DNA of 64,000 nt from Pirellulales bacterium (GTDB lineage: Bacteria > Planctomycetota > Planctomycetia > Pirellulales > PALSA-1355). Under the pieces are notes generated by a model. It did no database searches and had not been told where the DNA came from. It was given only the letters and a program-made list of their open reading frames with translations. The stretch lies in NCBI GenBank assembly GCA_040877415.1, contig JBBDNV010000140.1, forward strand, positions 6,157 to 70,156, read 5' to 3'. This document shows, one piece after another, positions 1-9,713 of this stretch; within the stretch, counting starts at the first letter, position 1; every line of letters begins with the position of its first letter. The translations under genes and the position numbers were made by a program.

Positions 1-1415
1 GCGCATCGCTGGTCGAATTGCGGCTCGACTATATCAACGGCGAGGTGAACCTCCGGCGCCTGCTGGCCGATCGGCCCTCGCCGGTGGTGATCACCTGCCG
101 GCGCCAGCGCGACGGCGGCAAGTGGCCCGGCAGCGAGGAGCAGCGCTTGATGCTCTTGCGCAGCGCCATTGCCGAAGGCGTCGAATACGTCGACCTGGAA
201 GACGACGTGGCGGCGTTGATCTCCCGCTACGGCAAGTCGAAGCGGATCATCAGCGTGCACGACTATCGCAAGACCCCCGAAAATCTCGACGAGCTGCACG
301 CCCGGCTGGCGGCGCTCGACGCCGACGTGATCAAGATGGCCTTCATGGCCAACACGTCGCACGACAACCTGCGGATGCTCGAGCTGGTGCGGCGGGCCAA
401 AGTTCCCACAGTGGGCATCTGCATGGGCGATATCGGCACGCCGTCGCGCATTTTGGCCGGCCGCTTCGGCGCCCCGTTCACCTTTGCCACGTTTCACCAC
501 GAGCGCACGCTGGCGCCCGGCCAGCTCAGCTTTCAGCAGATGACCGACATCTATCATTACGACCGCATCAACTCCGAGACGACCGTGTTCGGGGTGATCG
601 GCGATCCGATCGCCCATAGCCTCAGCCCGATCGTACACAACGCGGCGTTCCGGCGGATGGACATGAACGCCGTCTACGTGCCCTTTCGCGTGCCGCGCGA
701 ACAGCTCTCGCAGTTCCTCCAGGACGCGCCCGCCCTGGGCATCAAGGGCTTGAGCGTCACGATCCCGCACAAGGAAACCGTGCTCAAGAAACTAAGCCAG
801 GCCGACGAGAGCATGAACGGCATCGGCGCGGCCAACACGCTCGTGTTCGAGGACGGCAGGATCATCGGCTACAACACCGATTACCAGGCGGGGCTCGACA
901 GCCTGAAGCAGGCCCTCATCGAGCATCACGGTCGCGAAGTGTCGCTCGACAGCGAAACGGCGCTGGTGCTGGGCGCCGGCGGAGCCGCCAAGGCGATCGC
1001 CTTCGGACTGAAGCGGCTGGGAGCCAACGTGGTCATCGCCGGCCGCACCGCGCAGCGGGCCCAGCAATTGGCCGACGCCCTCGATTGTAAAACCCTCGAC
1101 TGGGCCAGCCGCTATTCGTTCCTGCCCGACCTGATCGTCAACTGCACGCCGGTGGGGATGCACCCGAATGTCGACGCCACGCCCTACGACAAGCACCATC
1201 TGCGCCCCTCGATGGTCGTGTTCGACACGGTCTACAACCCGGAAAACACCCTGTTGATCAAGGACGCCCGCAGCCAAAGCTGCACGGTCGTGACCGGCGT
1301 CGAGATGTTCGTCCGCCAGGCCTGCCTGCAATTCAAGCAGTTCACGGGCCAGGAGGCCCCGGCCGACCTGATGCGCGACGTCCTCAAACGCGCCATCGGC
1401 CCGGCACGATACTGA
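1..1415 (+). CDS. aroDE: Bifunctional type I 3-dehydroquinate dehydratase / shikimate 5-dehydrogenase; the 5' end is cut by the window edge
   Basis: The frame is open back to nt 3 (ASLVELRLDY, the AroD-type 'VELRLD' motif), so the TTG at 18 is not the true start. The C-terminal half has a shikimate dehydrogenase Rossmann motif (LVLGAGGAAKAIAF) and NRTxxRA-like GRTAQRAQ. Confidence 0.85.
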   Translation, partial: ASLVELRLDYINGEVNLRRLLADRPSPVVITCRRQRDGGKWPGSEEQRLMLLRSAIAEGVEYVDLEDDVAALISRYGKSKRIISVHDYRKTPENLDELHARLAALDADVIKMAFMANTSHDNLRMLELVRRAKVPTVGICMGDIGTPSRILAGRFGAPFTFATFHHERTLAPGQLSFQQMTDIYHYDRINSETTVFGVIGDPIAHSLSPIVHNAAFRRMDMNAVYVPFRVPREQLSQFLQDAPALGIKGLSVTIPHKETVLKKLSQADESMNGIGAANTLVFEDGRIIGYNTDYQAGLDSLKQALIEHHGREVSLDSETALVLGAGGAAKAIAFGLKRLGANVVIAGRTAQRAQQLADALDCKTLDWASRYSFLPDLIVNCTPVGMHPNVDATPYDKHHLRPSMVVFDTVYNPENTLLIKDARSQSCTVVTGVEMFVRQACLQFKQFTGQEAPADLMRDVLKRAIGPARY

Positions 1416-1451
1416 TGTTTTCGACCGTGCAAACTCCGCGAGCCCAACGCC

Positions 1452-1973
1452 ATGAACCTCGTCCTCATCGGCCTCCGCGGCAGCGGCAAAACCGCCGTGG
1501 CGCGCATCGTCGCCGAGCGGCTCGGCTGGCCGCACTTCGATGCCGATGCCGAAATCGAATCCCGCGCCGGCAAGTCGATCGCCGAGATATTTGCCGCAGA
1601 CGGCGAAGCGGCCTTTCGCGATTGGGAGGTGCAAGTCGTGGCGGACCTGGCAGCGAGCGACGCTGCGGTGATTGCCTTGGGCGGCGGAGCCGTGATGCGT
1701 CCGGAAAATCGGGCCGCGATCGCCCTACGCGGCCGCGTGGTGTGGCTGACCGCCTCGCCCGAGACGCTCTGGCGCCGCATCGAGGCCGACCGCCACTCCG
1801 CCGCACGCCGGCCGAACCTGACGCCCGGAGGCGGTATAACTGAGATCATCGCTACGCTCGACGCGCGCGGGGCGATTTACCGCCAGTGCGCCCACCTGGT
1901 GCTCGATACGGAGGCAAAAACGCCCGACCAGATAGCCGACGCTATCCTTGAGCAATTGGATCTGCGTCCCTGA
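1452..1973 (+). CDS. aroK: Shikimate kinase
   Basis: 173 aa with Walker A LIGLRGSGKTAV. It lies directly after aroDE on the same strand. Confidence 0.85.
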   Translation: MNLVLIGLRGSGKTAVARIVAERLGWPHFDADAEIESRAGKSIAEIFAADGEAAFRDWEVQVVADLAASDAAVIALGGGAVMRPENRAAIALRGRVVWLTASPETLWRRIEADRHSAARRPNLTPGGGITEIIATLDARGAIYRQCAHLVLDTEAKTPDQIADAILEQLDLRP

Positions 1974-2088
1974 ACCGTCGGCCGTTGCGACTCCGCCGAG
2001 CGCCCCATCAAACACCCTCTCCCCCGGCGGGAAAGGGCAGGGGGCACTCTGAGCGCGGGCCCTCTCGATTTGAGGAAATCACGCCTCC

Positions 2089-3378
2089 GTGAATCTCATC
2101 CTGGCCATTCCGCTCCCGGTTCGACTGGTCGTGCTATTCGTTTTCGGCACGCTCGCCGGCGCGCTGGTGAATTGGGCCGTTTACCGTTTGGCGTGGAACC
2201 GCCGTTCGATCAGTCCCTGGTCGGCGCCGGCCGCGAATGCGCCAAAGCGCCGCGCGATCGATCGCGTGCCCCTCGTCGGCTGGCTTTCGCTGCGCCGCGA
2301 GTCGGCCTTGCAGGGCCGCGGGTTCTGGGTCCGGCCGATGATGGTCGAGCTCGTCGCCGGGTTGACGCTGGCCGCTTTGTACGTGTGGGAAGTCGAAAAT
2401 GCCGCCCGGCTGTGGGCCTTCGTCGGCGCGGCGCCGCCGCCGCCCGAGTTTCTCACCGCGAACCTCGCGCTGGCGGATCACCTCCGCTACCTGGGACACG
2501 TCGTTCTCGTCTCCCTAATGCTTGCGGCGTCGCTCATCGACCTGGATGAAAAGACGATTCCCGATTCGATCACCGTGCCGGGAACGCTCGTCGCGCTGGC
2601 CCTGGCGGCCTTGTATCCCTGGTCGCTGCCCGCGGCCGCGCATTTTGTGATCGCCGCACAGCCGCAGGTTGAATTTCTCACGCTTGCCTCGCCCAATGCC
2701 TGGCCCCCTGGGCTCGACGCGTTGCCGATGCTAACGGGTCTGACCGTCGCGCTTGCATGTTGGACGCTGTGGTGCGGCGGACTTTTGCCGCGGCATTGGA
2801 ACACCGGGCGCGGTTGGGCCCTCGCCGCGCGGGTGTTCTTCCACCGCTTGCGCGTCGAGCGGCTGACGTATGCGATCGTTGTCATGTGGTTCATCGGCGC
2901 GGCTGCGATCGCGCTGGTCGCCTGGCAAGCCGGGATCGCGCGTTGGGCCGCGCTCGTGACGGCACTGGTCGGCATCGCGGCCGGCGGCGGGATCGTCTGG
3001 GCGGTGCGCGTGATCGGCGGCTCGGTGCTGGGGCGCGAAGCGATGGGCTTCGGCGACGTTACGCTCTTGTCCTTGATCGGCGCGTTCCTCGGCTGGCAAG
3101 CCTGCCTGATGATCTTTTTCGTGGCGCCCTTTTTCGGTCTGGCGTTTGCCATCGTCAACTGGGTTTTGCACCGGGAGCGCGAAGTTCCCTACGGTCCCTT
3201 CTTGTGCCTGGGCGCGGTTGTCGTGATGTTGAAATGGCCCGCCTTCTGGGCGCAAACGGCCGACCTGTTTGGCCTGCCCTGGCTCGTGCCGGCCGTGATT
3301 GCGTGCGGTCTGGCGCTGTTGGGCGTCTTGTTGTGGATCTATCGAATCATCGAGCAACTTTTCGTGCGGAGCTGCTAA
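2089..3378 (+). CDS. A24-family prepilin (type IV leader) peptidase-like membrane protein
   Basis: Polytopic membrane protein with both aspartate motifs of the family: SLIDLDEKTIPD and GFGDVTLLSLIGAFLGW. Confidence 0.8.
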   Translation: MNLILAIPLPVRLVVLFVFGTLAGALVNWAVYRLAWNRRSISPWSAPAANAPKRRAIDRVPLVGWLSLRRESALQGRGFWVRPMMVELVAGLTLAALYVWEVENAARLWAFVGAAPPPPEFLTANLALADHLRYLGHVVLVSLMLAASLIDLDEKTIPDSITVPGTLVALALAALYPWSLPAAAHFVIAAQPQVEFLTLASPNAWPPGLDALPMLTGLTVALACWTLWCGGLLPRHWNTGRGWALAARVFFHRLRVERLTYAIVVMWFIGAAAIALVAWQAGIARWAALVTALVGIAAGGGIVWAVRVIGGSVLGREAMGFGDVTLLSLIGAFLGWQACLMIFFVAPFFGLAFAIVNWVLHREREVPYGPFLCLGAVVVMLKWPAFWAQTADLFGLPWLVPAVIACGLALLGVLLWIYRIIEQLFVRSC

Positions 3379-3471
3379 ACCGCCGGCCGCCGCGGGACAT
3401 ATTTTGCGGGCTAAACTTGAGGTGTACGCCCCCCTCGCTTTTTCCCTCCGATTCAACCGACCCCCCAAGCG

Positions 3472-3987
3472 ATGTTCCTGACCCACACGCTCTACGATCC
3501 GTTCGGCGCCGATCGCGATGCCTTGCGCCGGGGCCGTTACGGCGTGATCGAGATTCGCGACGGCCGCCTGTGGGCCATTCATTTGCGGCGGTGGCCGAAA
3601 ATCGTGTCCGTCCTGGATGTCGATTGGTTCGGCCGCCGCGATCACGAGACCAAGCCGGGCGATCGCTGCCTGCTGTACTACAACCAGCCGCGGCGATGTT
3701 CCAACTTTCTGGCGCTGGTGTTCGTCGTTTCGCACCGCGACTCGACGCTGGCCACGTTTCGCCGCTCGCTCGCGGTGCTCGACCTGGTGGCCCGCGCCAA
3801 GCGCACCGACGCGATTTTGTGCGACGTCTGGAACCTGCGCATCTCGGATCGCCTCCTGGCCCGCGGGGGCTGGGAGCCGCACAAGCCCCAGCGCTGGCAC
3901 CGCAACTACATCAAGCGGTTTTACGGTCAGTATCCGCTATCGAAACTCGCAACGGGCGAAGCCGTCGTGCCGGCGACGCCATGCTAG
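3472..3987 (+). CDS. Hypothetical protein (171 aa)
   Basis: The ORF fills the gap between neighbours on the same strand and has normal GC3 codon bias. I recognise no motif. Confidence 0.45.
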   Translation: MFLTHTLYDPFGADRDALRRGRYGVIEIRDGRLWAIHLRRWPKIVSVLDVDWFGRRDHETKPGDRCLLYYNQPRRCSNFLALVFVVSHRDSTLATFRRSLAVLDLVARAKRTDAILCDVWNLRISDRLLARGGWEPHKPQRWHRNYIKRFYGQYPLSKLATGEAVVPATPC

Positions 3988-4013
3988 CAAACCAACAATG
4001 CTTTCGTCATACC

Positions 4014-4078
4014 AGCCCGAAGCGCAAGCGAGGGTGCGCAGTTGGATTCTCGATTCTCCCTCGCTTGCGCTTCGGGCT
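4014..4078. repeat. REP-like palindromic element, family A (arms AGCCCGAAGCGCAAGCGAGGG / CCCTCGCTTGCGCTTCGGGCT)
   Basis: Perfect 21-bp inverted arms with a 23-nt loop, 27 nt after the stop of the 3472..3987 ORF. Related copies lie at 32852, 38874 and 50849. Confidence 0.85.
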
Positions 4079-4292
4079 AAAGTGGCGTAACCTCCAAACT
4101 GCTCTTGTCGCTCTCTTGCCCCGACACTACGATCCGGGCCTTGTCAAATTGCGCCCTTTGAAGTTGCCGCGCCGTTTTTCGGTCCATTCGCGACAGGGCC
4201 CGTTCGGGTTTCCCCAAGCCGCCCGACCTGGCGCGCCGTCGTGCCCATCGAACACGGACGTTCGTTCCCAGATAGCTCGAGGAGACAGGAGC

Positions 4293-5120
4293 ATGCGAGT
4301 CGTCGTCTGGACGACCTCGCTGGCGCTGGTTTGCCTGCCGCTCGCCGGCGGCTGCGCCGATAGTTCGTTTGCGCTGCAGCGCCAGACGCAAACGCTTCAG
4401 CAGCAGCAGATCGCGCTCGCGCAGCGCAACACCGAGCTGCAAACCCGCGCCACCACGCTCGATCGCGACAACCAGGAGCTCGAAGCGCTGTTGGCCCAGA
4501 CGCGCCAGCAGAGCACGGTGCTGGAAGATCAACTGGCCGCGGTGCGCGAGCAGCTCTCCACGGCGTCGGCCCAACTGGGGCAAGTGCGCGACGAAAAGCA
4601 GCTCACCGAAAAACAGGCCGAAGCCCTGATGGTCTCGGCCCGCCGCCGCGCGAGCGCCCAGATCACGGCCAACAGCAGCCTGCAAAAGAATCTGCCGGCG
4701 CTCAACCTGCCGGGCATCGAGGTGCGCGCCGACGGAGACGTCGTGCGCGTCGAGCTGCCCGCGGCTCGGCTCTTCCAGCCGGGTTTCACCACGTTGCAGC
4801 CGGTGGCCGGCACGCTGCTTGACACGGTGGCCGTGGAACTGTCCCGGGCCTTTCCCGAGCAAAGAATCGGCGTCGAAGGGCACACCGACAACGACTTTGT
4901 GCGCACGCCCGGCGCGGATCACAATCAGCTTTCGATGGCGCGCGCCACGGCCGTGTATCAATACCTGGTGGCCCGGGGCCAGATTCCCGCCAGCCGGATG
5001 ATTATCGTCGGCCACGGCGCCAACAATCCGGTGGTGTCCAACGCCACGGCCGCCGGCAAAGCCCGCAACAGCCGCGTGGAGCTGGTCGTCTATCCCGAAA
5101 AGGTCATCGCCGCCCGATAG
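4293..5120 (+). CDS. OmpA/MotB-domain lipoprotein with an N-terminal coiled coil
   Basis: ATG at 4293 follows GGAGACAGGAGC. Lipobox LPLAGGC, a Q/L-rich coiled coil and a C-terminal OmpA-like motif (GHTDN...NQLSMARATAV...NSRVELVVY). The upstream part of track ORF 2757..5120 is a GC artefact. Confidence 0.8.
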   Translation: MRVVVWTTSLALVCLPLAGGCADSSFALQRQTQTLQQQQIALAQRNTELQTRATTLDRDNQELEALLAQTRQQSTVLEDQLAAVREQLSTASAQLGQVRDEKQLTEKQAEALMVSARRRASAQITANSSLQKNLPALNLPGIEVRADGDVVRVELPAARLFQPGFTTLQPVAGTLLDTVAVELSRAFPEQRIGVEGHTDNDFVRTPGADHNQLSMARATAVYQYLVARGQIPASRMIIVGHGANNPVVSNATAAGKARNSRVELVVYPEKVIAAR

Positions 5121-5216
5121 GTCGCTTTTGGCGGCCCGGTATAATGTCCTCACCCGGCGAACCCGCGCCCGCCCTGATGTGTCCCACCCGATATCCGTCG
5201 CCCGCCGCGTAAGCGC

Positions 5217-5828
5217 ATGCCCATGATCGCGATCATCGACTACCAGATGGGCAACCTGCGCAGCGTCCAGAAGGGGTTCGAAAAGGTCGGCCATCGGGCC
5301 ACCATCACCAGCGACCCGGACGCGTTGGCCCAAGCCGATAAGGTGGTGCTTCCCGGCGTCGGCGCATTTGGCGACGCCATGGCGGAGCTGGAGCGCCGCG
5401 AGCTGGTGGAGCCCATTCGCCGGGCGGTCGACTCGGGCAAACCGTTCTTGGGCATTTGCCTGGGGCTGCAATTGCTGTTCGACGTCGGTTACGAGCACGG
5501 CACGCACAAGGGTCTGGGGATTCTCCGCGGCGAGGTCGTGCGGTTCGACGTTCCGCACGGCTACAAGGTTCCCCACATGGGCTGGAACCAGCTTGCGATT
5601 CGCCGCCCGGCGCCGCTTTTGGCGGGACTCGCCGACGGCGTGCATTGCTATTTTGTGCATTCTTACTACGTCGTGCCGGCCGATGCGAACGTCGTGGCCG
5701 CCGAAACCGACTATCCGGCGCCGTTTTGTTCCGTGGTTTGGCGCGACAACCTGTTCGCCACGCAGTTCCACCCGGAAAAGAGCCAGCAGCACGGGCTGCG
5801 GATGCTGGCCAATTTTGCCGAGCTGTAA
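5217..5828 (+). CDS. hisH: Imidazole glycerol phosphate synthase, glutaminase subunit
   Basis: [14 protein letters not shown], nucleophile motif GICLGLQLL and FHPEKS. Confidence 0.9.
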   Translation: MPMIAIIDYQMGNLRSVQKGFEKVGHRATITSDPDALAQADKVVLPGVGAFGDAMAELERRELVEPIRRAVDSGKPFLGICLGLQLLFDVGYEHGTHKGLGILRGEVVRFDVPHGYKVPHMGWNQLAIRRPAPLLAGLADGVHCYFVHSYYVVPADANVVAAETDYPAPFCSVVWRDNLFATQFHPEKSQQHGLRMLANFAEL

Positions 5829-5962
5829 CGAGCGACGTCGATCGCGCGTCTTGAGCGCGCTTGACACGTGTCGCGCTGGGGGTCTACGATTGTGGTTGGC
5901 CCTTCCCGATTCCCCTCCCCGCGAGACTTTAAACTCACCCCCAGCGGCCAGTTGCATTTGTC

Positions 5963-8824
5963 ATGGCCAAGACTGCGCGTCAAGGCATTTTTCCCGGAAT
6001 GGAGCCGGAAACAGCGCCGGACGAAACGACCCCGTCGCGCGCCCGCTCCCGTTCGCAATCGAGCGCCGTCGAAGTCCGCGCGGAGCAAAATTCTGCGCCG
6101 GCCGGCGGCGACGGCCAGACCCACCGCCCCGACACCCTGAAGGGCGAGAGCGTGTGGGTCGTGGACGCCAACTCGCTCATCTTCCAGGTCTTTCACGCGC
6201 TGCCGGAAATGACCAGTCCGCGGGGCGAGCCGGTTTCGGCCGCGTTCGGCTTCACGCGCGACATGCTGTACCTGTTGGAGCAAAAGAAGCCCGACTATCT
6301 GTTCGTCGCCTTCGACGGGCCGGAGCGCACGTTCCGCCACGAATTGTATGAGGACTACAAGGCGCACCGCGAGGAAATGCCCGTCGACCTGGTGCCGCAA
6401 TACGAGCCGATCCGGCGGCTGCTGGCCGGCCTGGGCGTGCCCATCCTCGAGTTTAACGCCTACGAGGCCGACGACCTGTTGGCCACGATCGCCCACCAGG
6501 TGAACGAGTTGGAAGGCGATTGCTACCTGGTCACCGGCGACAAGGACGCGCGGCAACTGATCACCGATCGGGTCAAGGTTTACAACGTCCGCAAGGACCA
6601 GGTGTACGACGCCGAAGCGCTCAAGAACGATTGGGGCGTCCGGCCGGAACAGGTCGTCGATTTCCAGGCACTGGTGGGCGATGCGGTCGACAACGTGCCG
6701 GGCGTGCCGCTCGTCGGCCCCAAGATCGCCGGCGAATACCTGCGAAAGTTCGACACGCTCGACGCGCTTTTGGAACGTGCCGACGAATTGCCCCAGGGAA
6801 AGCGCCGCGACAACCTGATCGCGGGGCGCGAGCTGGCCCTGTTGAGCCGCGAGCTGGTGCGGCTTGAGCGCAACGTGCCGATTCATATCGACTGGAAGGC
6901 CGCCAAAGTCGAGGGAGTTGACCGCGCGGCGCTGGCCGAGCTGTTCACCGAACTGGGCTTCCACACGCTGGCCCAGAAGTTTGCCGCGCTCCCCGACCGG
7001 ACGAAAGAAACAGAGTGGAAAGTCGATTACCAGTTGATCGACACGCCCGAGCGGCTGGCCCGACTGGTCGAAGAAATGGGCCGGCAAAAGGCCATCTCGA
7101 TCGACACCGAAACGACCGCCATCCAGCCGCGGTTTGCCGAAATCGTCGGCTATTCGTTCGCCTGGAAAGAAGGCGAGGCGTACTACCTGCCCGTGCGGGC
7201 GCCGGCGGGTGAGCCGCATGTGGATCCCGAGCAGGCGCTAGCCGCTTTGCGGCCGATCCTGGAAAACCCGGCGATCGAGAAAGTCGGGCAGAACCTGAAA
7301 TATGACATGGTCGTGCTGCGAAACGTCGCTTTGGAAGTGGCCGGCGCGCGCTTCGACGACATGGTGGCCAGCTATTTGCTCGACGCCGGCGAGCGGAATC
7401 ACGGCCTGGACGAGCTGGCGCTGCGCTACTTGAATCATCATACGACGAGAATTGACGAGCTGATCGGCAGCGGGCGCAAAGCGAAGCGCATGGACGAGGT
7501 GCCGCTTGCGCAAATCACGCACTACGCGGCCGAAGACGCTCTCGTGGCCTGGCGGTTGCGGCCGAAGCTGGCCGAGCGGCTGAAAGAGGCCGGCCTCGAA
7601 AAGCTGTTCGCCGACGTCGAGATGCCGCTGGTCGAAGTGCTCGTCGAGCTGGAATCGAACGGAATCAAGATCGACACCGCGCTTTTGGCGCGACTCAGCC
7701 GCGAGTACGGCGAAATCATCGAGCGCGTCGAGCGCGAGATCCACGAGTTGGCCGGCCGCGAGTTCAACATCGGTTCGCCCAAGCAATTGGCGCAGATCTT
7801 GTTCCAGGAGCACAAGCTGCCGATGCTCAAGCGCACCACCAGCGGCGGCAGCACCGACGCCGACGTGCTCGAGGAGCTGGCCCGAGTGCACCCGCTGCCG
7901 GCCAAGATCATCGAATACCGCCAATATGCGAAGCTGAAAAACACGTACGTCGACGCCTTGCCGCAGTTGGTCCATCCTGCGACGGGTCGGGTTCACGCGT
8001 CGTTCAACCAGGTGGTGGCCGCCACCGGCCGGCTCAGCTCGCACGATCCCAACTTGCAGAACATCCCGGTGCGCAGCCAGCGGGGGCGCGAAATCCGCGC
8101 GGCGTTTCTGCCCGGCTACGAAGGCTGGAAGCTGTTGGCCGCCGACTATTCGCAAATCGAGCTGCGCGTGCTGGCACACTTTTCGCGCGATCCGACGTTG
8201 TGCGAAGCTTTCGCCCGCGACGAAGATATCCACGCCCGCGTGGCCAGCGAGGTTTATGGCGTGCCGCCCTCCGCCGTCACCAGCGAGATGCGGCGCAGCG
8301 CCAAGGCGGTGAACTTCGGGGTCATTTACGGCCAAAGCCCCTTCGGGCTGGCCAAGCAATTGAATATCGAAAAAGCCGAAGCAGCGGAATTCATCGATGC
8401 TTACTTCAACCGCTACCCTGGGGTGGAGGAATTTCTGGCGCGGATACTGGAAGAGTGCCCGAAGACCGGGTATGTTAGTACCATCCTCGGGCGGCGCCGC
8501 GCGATTCGCGGCATTCGCCGCGGCGTGTCACGTCAACGAAACCTCCCGGAACGCACGGCGATCAACACGGTCATCCAGGGCTCGGCGGCCGATTTGATCA
8601 AGCTGGCCATGATCAACATCCACCGCCGCCTGCGGAACGAAAAATCGTCCGCGCGAATGCTTTTGCAGATTCACGACGAACTGGTCTTCGAAGTCCCTCC
8701 CGCCGAGCTCGATTCCCTGGCACGCATCGTGGCCGACGAAATGTCAGGCGTGATGAAGCTGGCGGTTCCGTTGAAAGTCGACTTGAAATCAGGAGACAAT
8801 TGGGCAGATTGCGAGAAGTGGTAG
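5963..8824 (+). CDS. polA: DNA polymerase I
   Basis: 5' nuclease region, exonuclease motif ISIDTETT, and polymerase motifs DYSQIELRVLAH, RRSAKAVNFGVIYG and QIHDELVFE. Confidence 0.95.
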   Translation: MAKTARQGIFPGMEPETAPDETTPSRARSRSQSSAVEVRAEQNSAPAGGDGQTHRPDTLKGESVWVVDANSLIFQVFHALPEMTSPRGEPVSAAFGFTRDMLYLLEQKKPDYLFVAFDGPERTFRHELYEDYKAHREEMPVDLVPQYEPIRRLLAGLGVPILEFNAYEADDLLATIAHQVNELEGDCYLVTGDKDARQLITDRVKVYNVRKDQVYDAEALKNDWGVRPEQVVDFQALVGDAVDNVPGVPLVGPKIAGEYLRKFDTLDALLERADELPQGKRRDNLIAGRELALLSRELVRLERNVPIHIDWKAAKVEGVDRAALAELFTELGFHTLAQKFAALPDRTKETEWKVDYQLIDTPERLARLVEEMGRQKAISIDTETTAIQPRFAEIVGYSFAWKEGEAYYLPVRAPAGEPHVDPEQALAALRPILENPAIEKVGQNLKYDMVVLRNVALEVAGARFDDMVASYLLDAGERNHGLDELALRYLNHHTTRIDELIGSGRKAKRMDEVPLAQITHYAAEDALVAWRLRPKLAERLKEAGLEKLFADVEMPLVEVLVELESNGIKIDTALLARLSREYGEIIERVEREIHELAGREFNIGSPKQLAQILFQEHKLPMLKRTTSGGSTDADVLEELARVHPLPAKIIEYRQYAKLKNTYVDALPQLVHPATGRVHASFNQVVAATGRLSSHDPNLQNIPVRSQRGREIRAAFLPGYEGWKLLAADYSQIELRVLAHFSRDPTLCEAFARDEDIHARVASEVYGVPPSAVTSEMRRSAKAVNFGVIYGQSPFGLAKQLNIEKAEAAEFIDAYFNRYPGVEEFLARILEECPKTGYVSTILGRRRAIRGIRRGVSRQRNLPERTAINTVIQGSAADLIKLAMINIHRRLRNEKSSARMLLQIHDELVFEVPPAELDSLARIVADEMSGVMKLAVPLKVDLKSGDNWADCEKW

Positions 8825-8870
8825 CCGCACGGCGCGGCCATGGGTCGCCCGCGCACGCTTGCGGCTTAGC

Positions 8871-9518
8871 ATGGCACCACCATACATGCGTCGCACCAAA
8901 ACACCGATCATTGGCATCGCCGGAGGAATCGCCAGCGGAAAAAGCTTCATCACCGGGCATCTGAAGCGCATGGGCGCGGCGGTGGTTTCGGCCGACGAAG
9001 CGGCCCACGAAGTGCTAGAATTGGAGGAGGTGAAGCGCGAGGCGCAACAGCGCTGGGGAGACGCGATCTTCGGCGCCGATGGCCAGATCGACCGCAAGGC
9101 GCTGGGGCAAATCGTATTCGCCCCGCCGCCCGACGGCCCGCTCGAGCGCGAATTCCTCGAGCGGTTGACCCATCCTCGGATTGGAGAAATCATCAGGCGT
9201 CAAATCATCGAGCTAGCGGAGCAGGGATCGGCCGCGGCAATCGTGCTGGACCTGCCGCTGTTGTTTGAGTCCGGTTGGAACAAGATTTGCGACAAGATCG
9301 TATTTGTGGATGCCCCGCGCCGGCTGCGTGAGTCGCGCGCGAAAGAGCGGGGTTGGTCACGGGAGGAGTTCGCGCGTCGCGAGACCGTCCAGCAGTCGCC
9401 CGAAACCAAGCGCGAGCTGGCCGACGTCGTCATCGACAACTCCGGATCGCCGGAGTCGGCCCAGGCTCAAATCGAGCGTTTTTGGCCGTCGCTGATCGAC
9501 TCGTCCGCGCCCGGGTAG
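8871..9518 (+). CDS. coaE: Dephospho-CoA kinase
   Basis: P-loop IIGIAGGIASGKS. The polA-coaE adjacency is common. The start is the ATG at 8871, in frame with the track TTG at 8859. Confidence 0.85.
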   Translation: MAPPYMRRTKTPIIGIAGGIASGKSFITGHLKRMGAAVVSADEAAHEVLELEEVKREAQQRWGDAIFGADGQIDRKALGQIVFAPPPDGPLEREFLERLTHPRIGEIIRRQIIELAEQGSAAAIVLDLPLLFESGWNKICDKIVFVDAPRRLRESRAKERGWSREEFARRETVQQSPETKRELADVVIDNSGSPESAQAQIERFWPSLIDSSAPG

Positions 9519-9713
9519 CATTCGGCCGTCCCCCCCGGAGTGGCGCGCCAACGCGGCTTTTTGGGTGCAATTCGTCTTCCACTTTGCGCATTTTTTGATT
9601 CTATTGAAACACCTCAGCATTCCTTTCTCACGGACCAGTCTTTCCCGAGGATACCACTTGCCCGCCGCTGACACCTTCCGCGTGTCAGCCCCGCGACCTT
9701 TCAGGAGTTGATC

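Noticed and set aside
2757-4292. Long N-terminal extensions of track ORFs: 2757..5120, 27684..30314, 38530..39540, 18339..18932, 60129..62807, 62297..63664 and 46283..47233.
   Set aside because: The extensions overlap other well-supported genes or intergenic repeats and translate to low-complexity sequence. Homology, signal peptides and ribosome-binding sites begin at internal starts (4293, 28806, 39037, 18585, 60879, 62804, 46700).
8150-8180. Additional sigma-54-like hits, such as TGGCACACTTTTCGC inside polA and TGGCACGCAATTGGC inside 60879..62807.
   Set aside because: They are imperfect at the -12 element and lie inside coding sequence with no downstream gene start.
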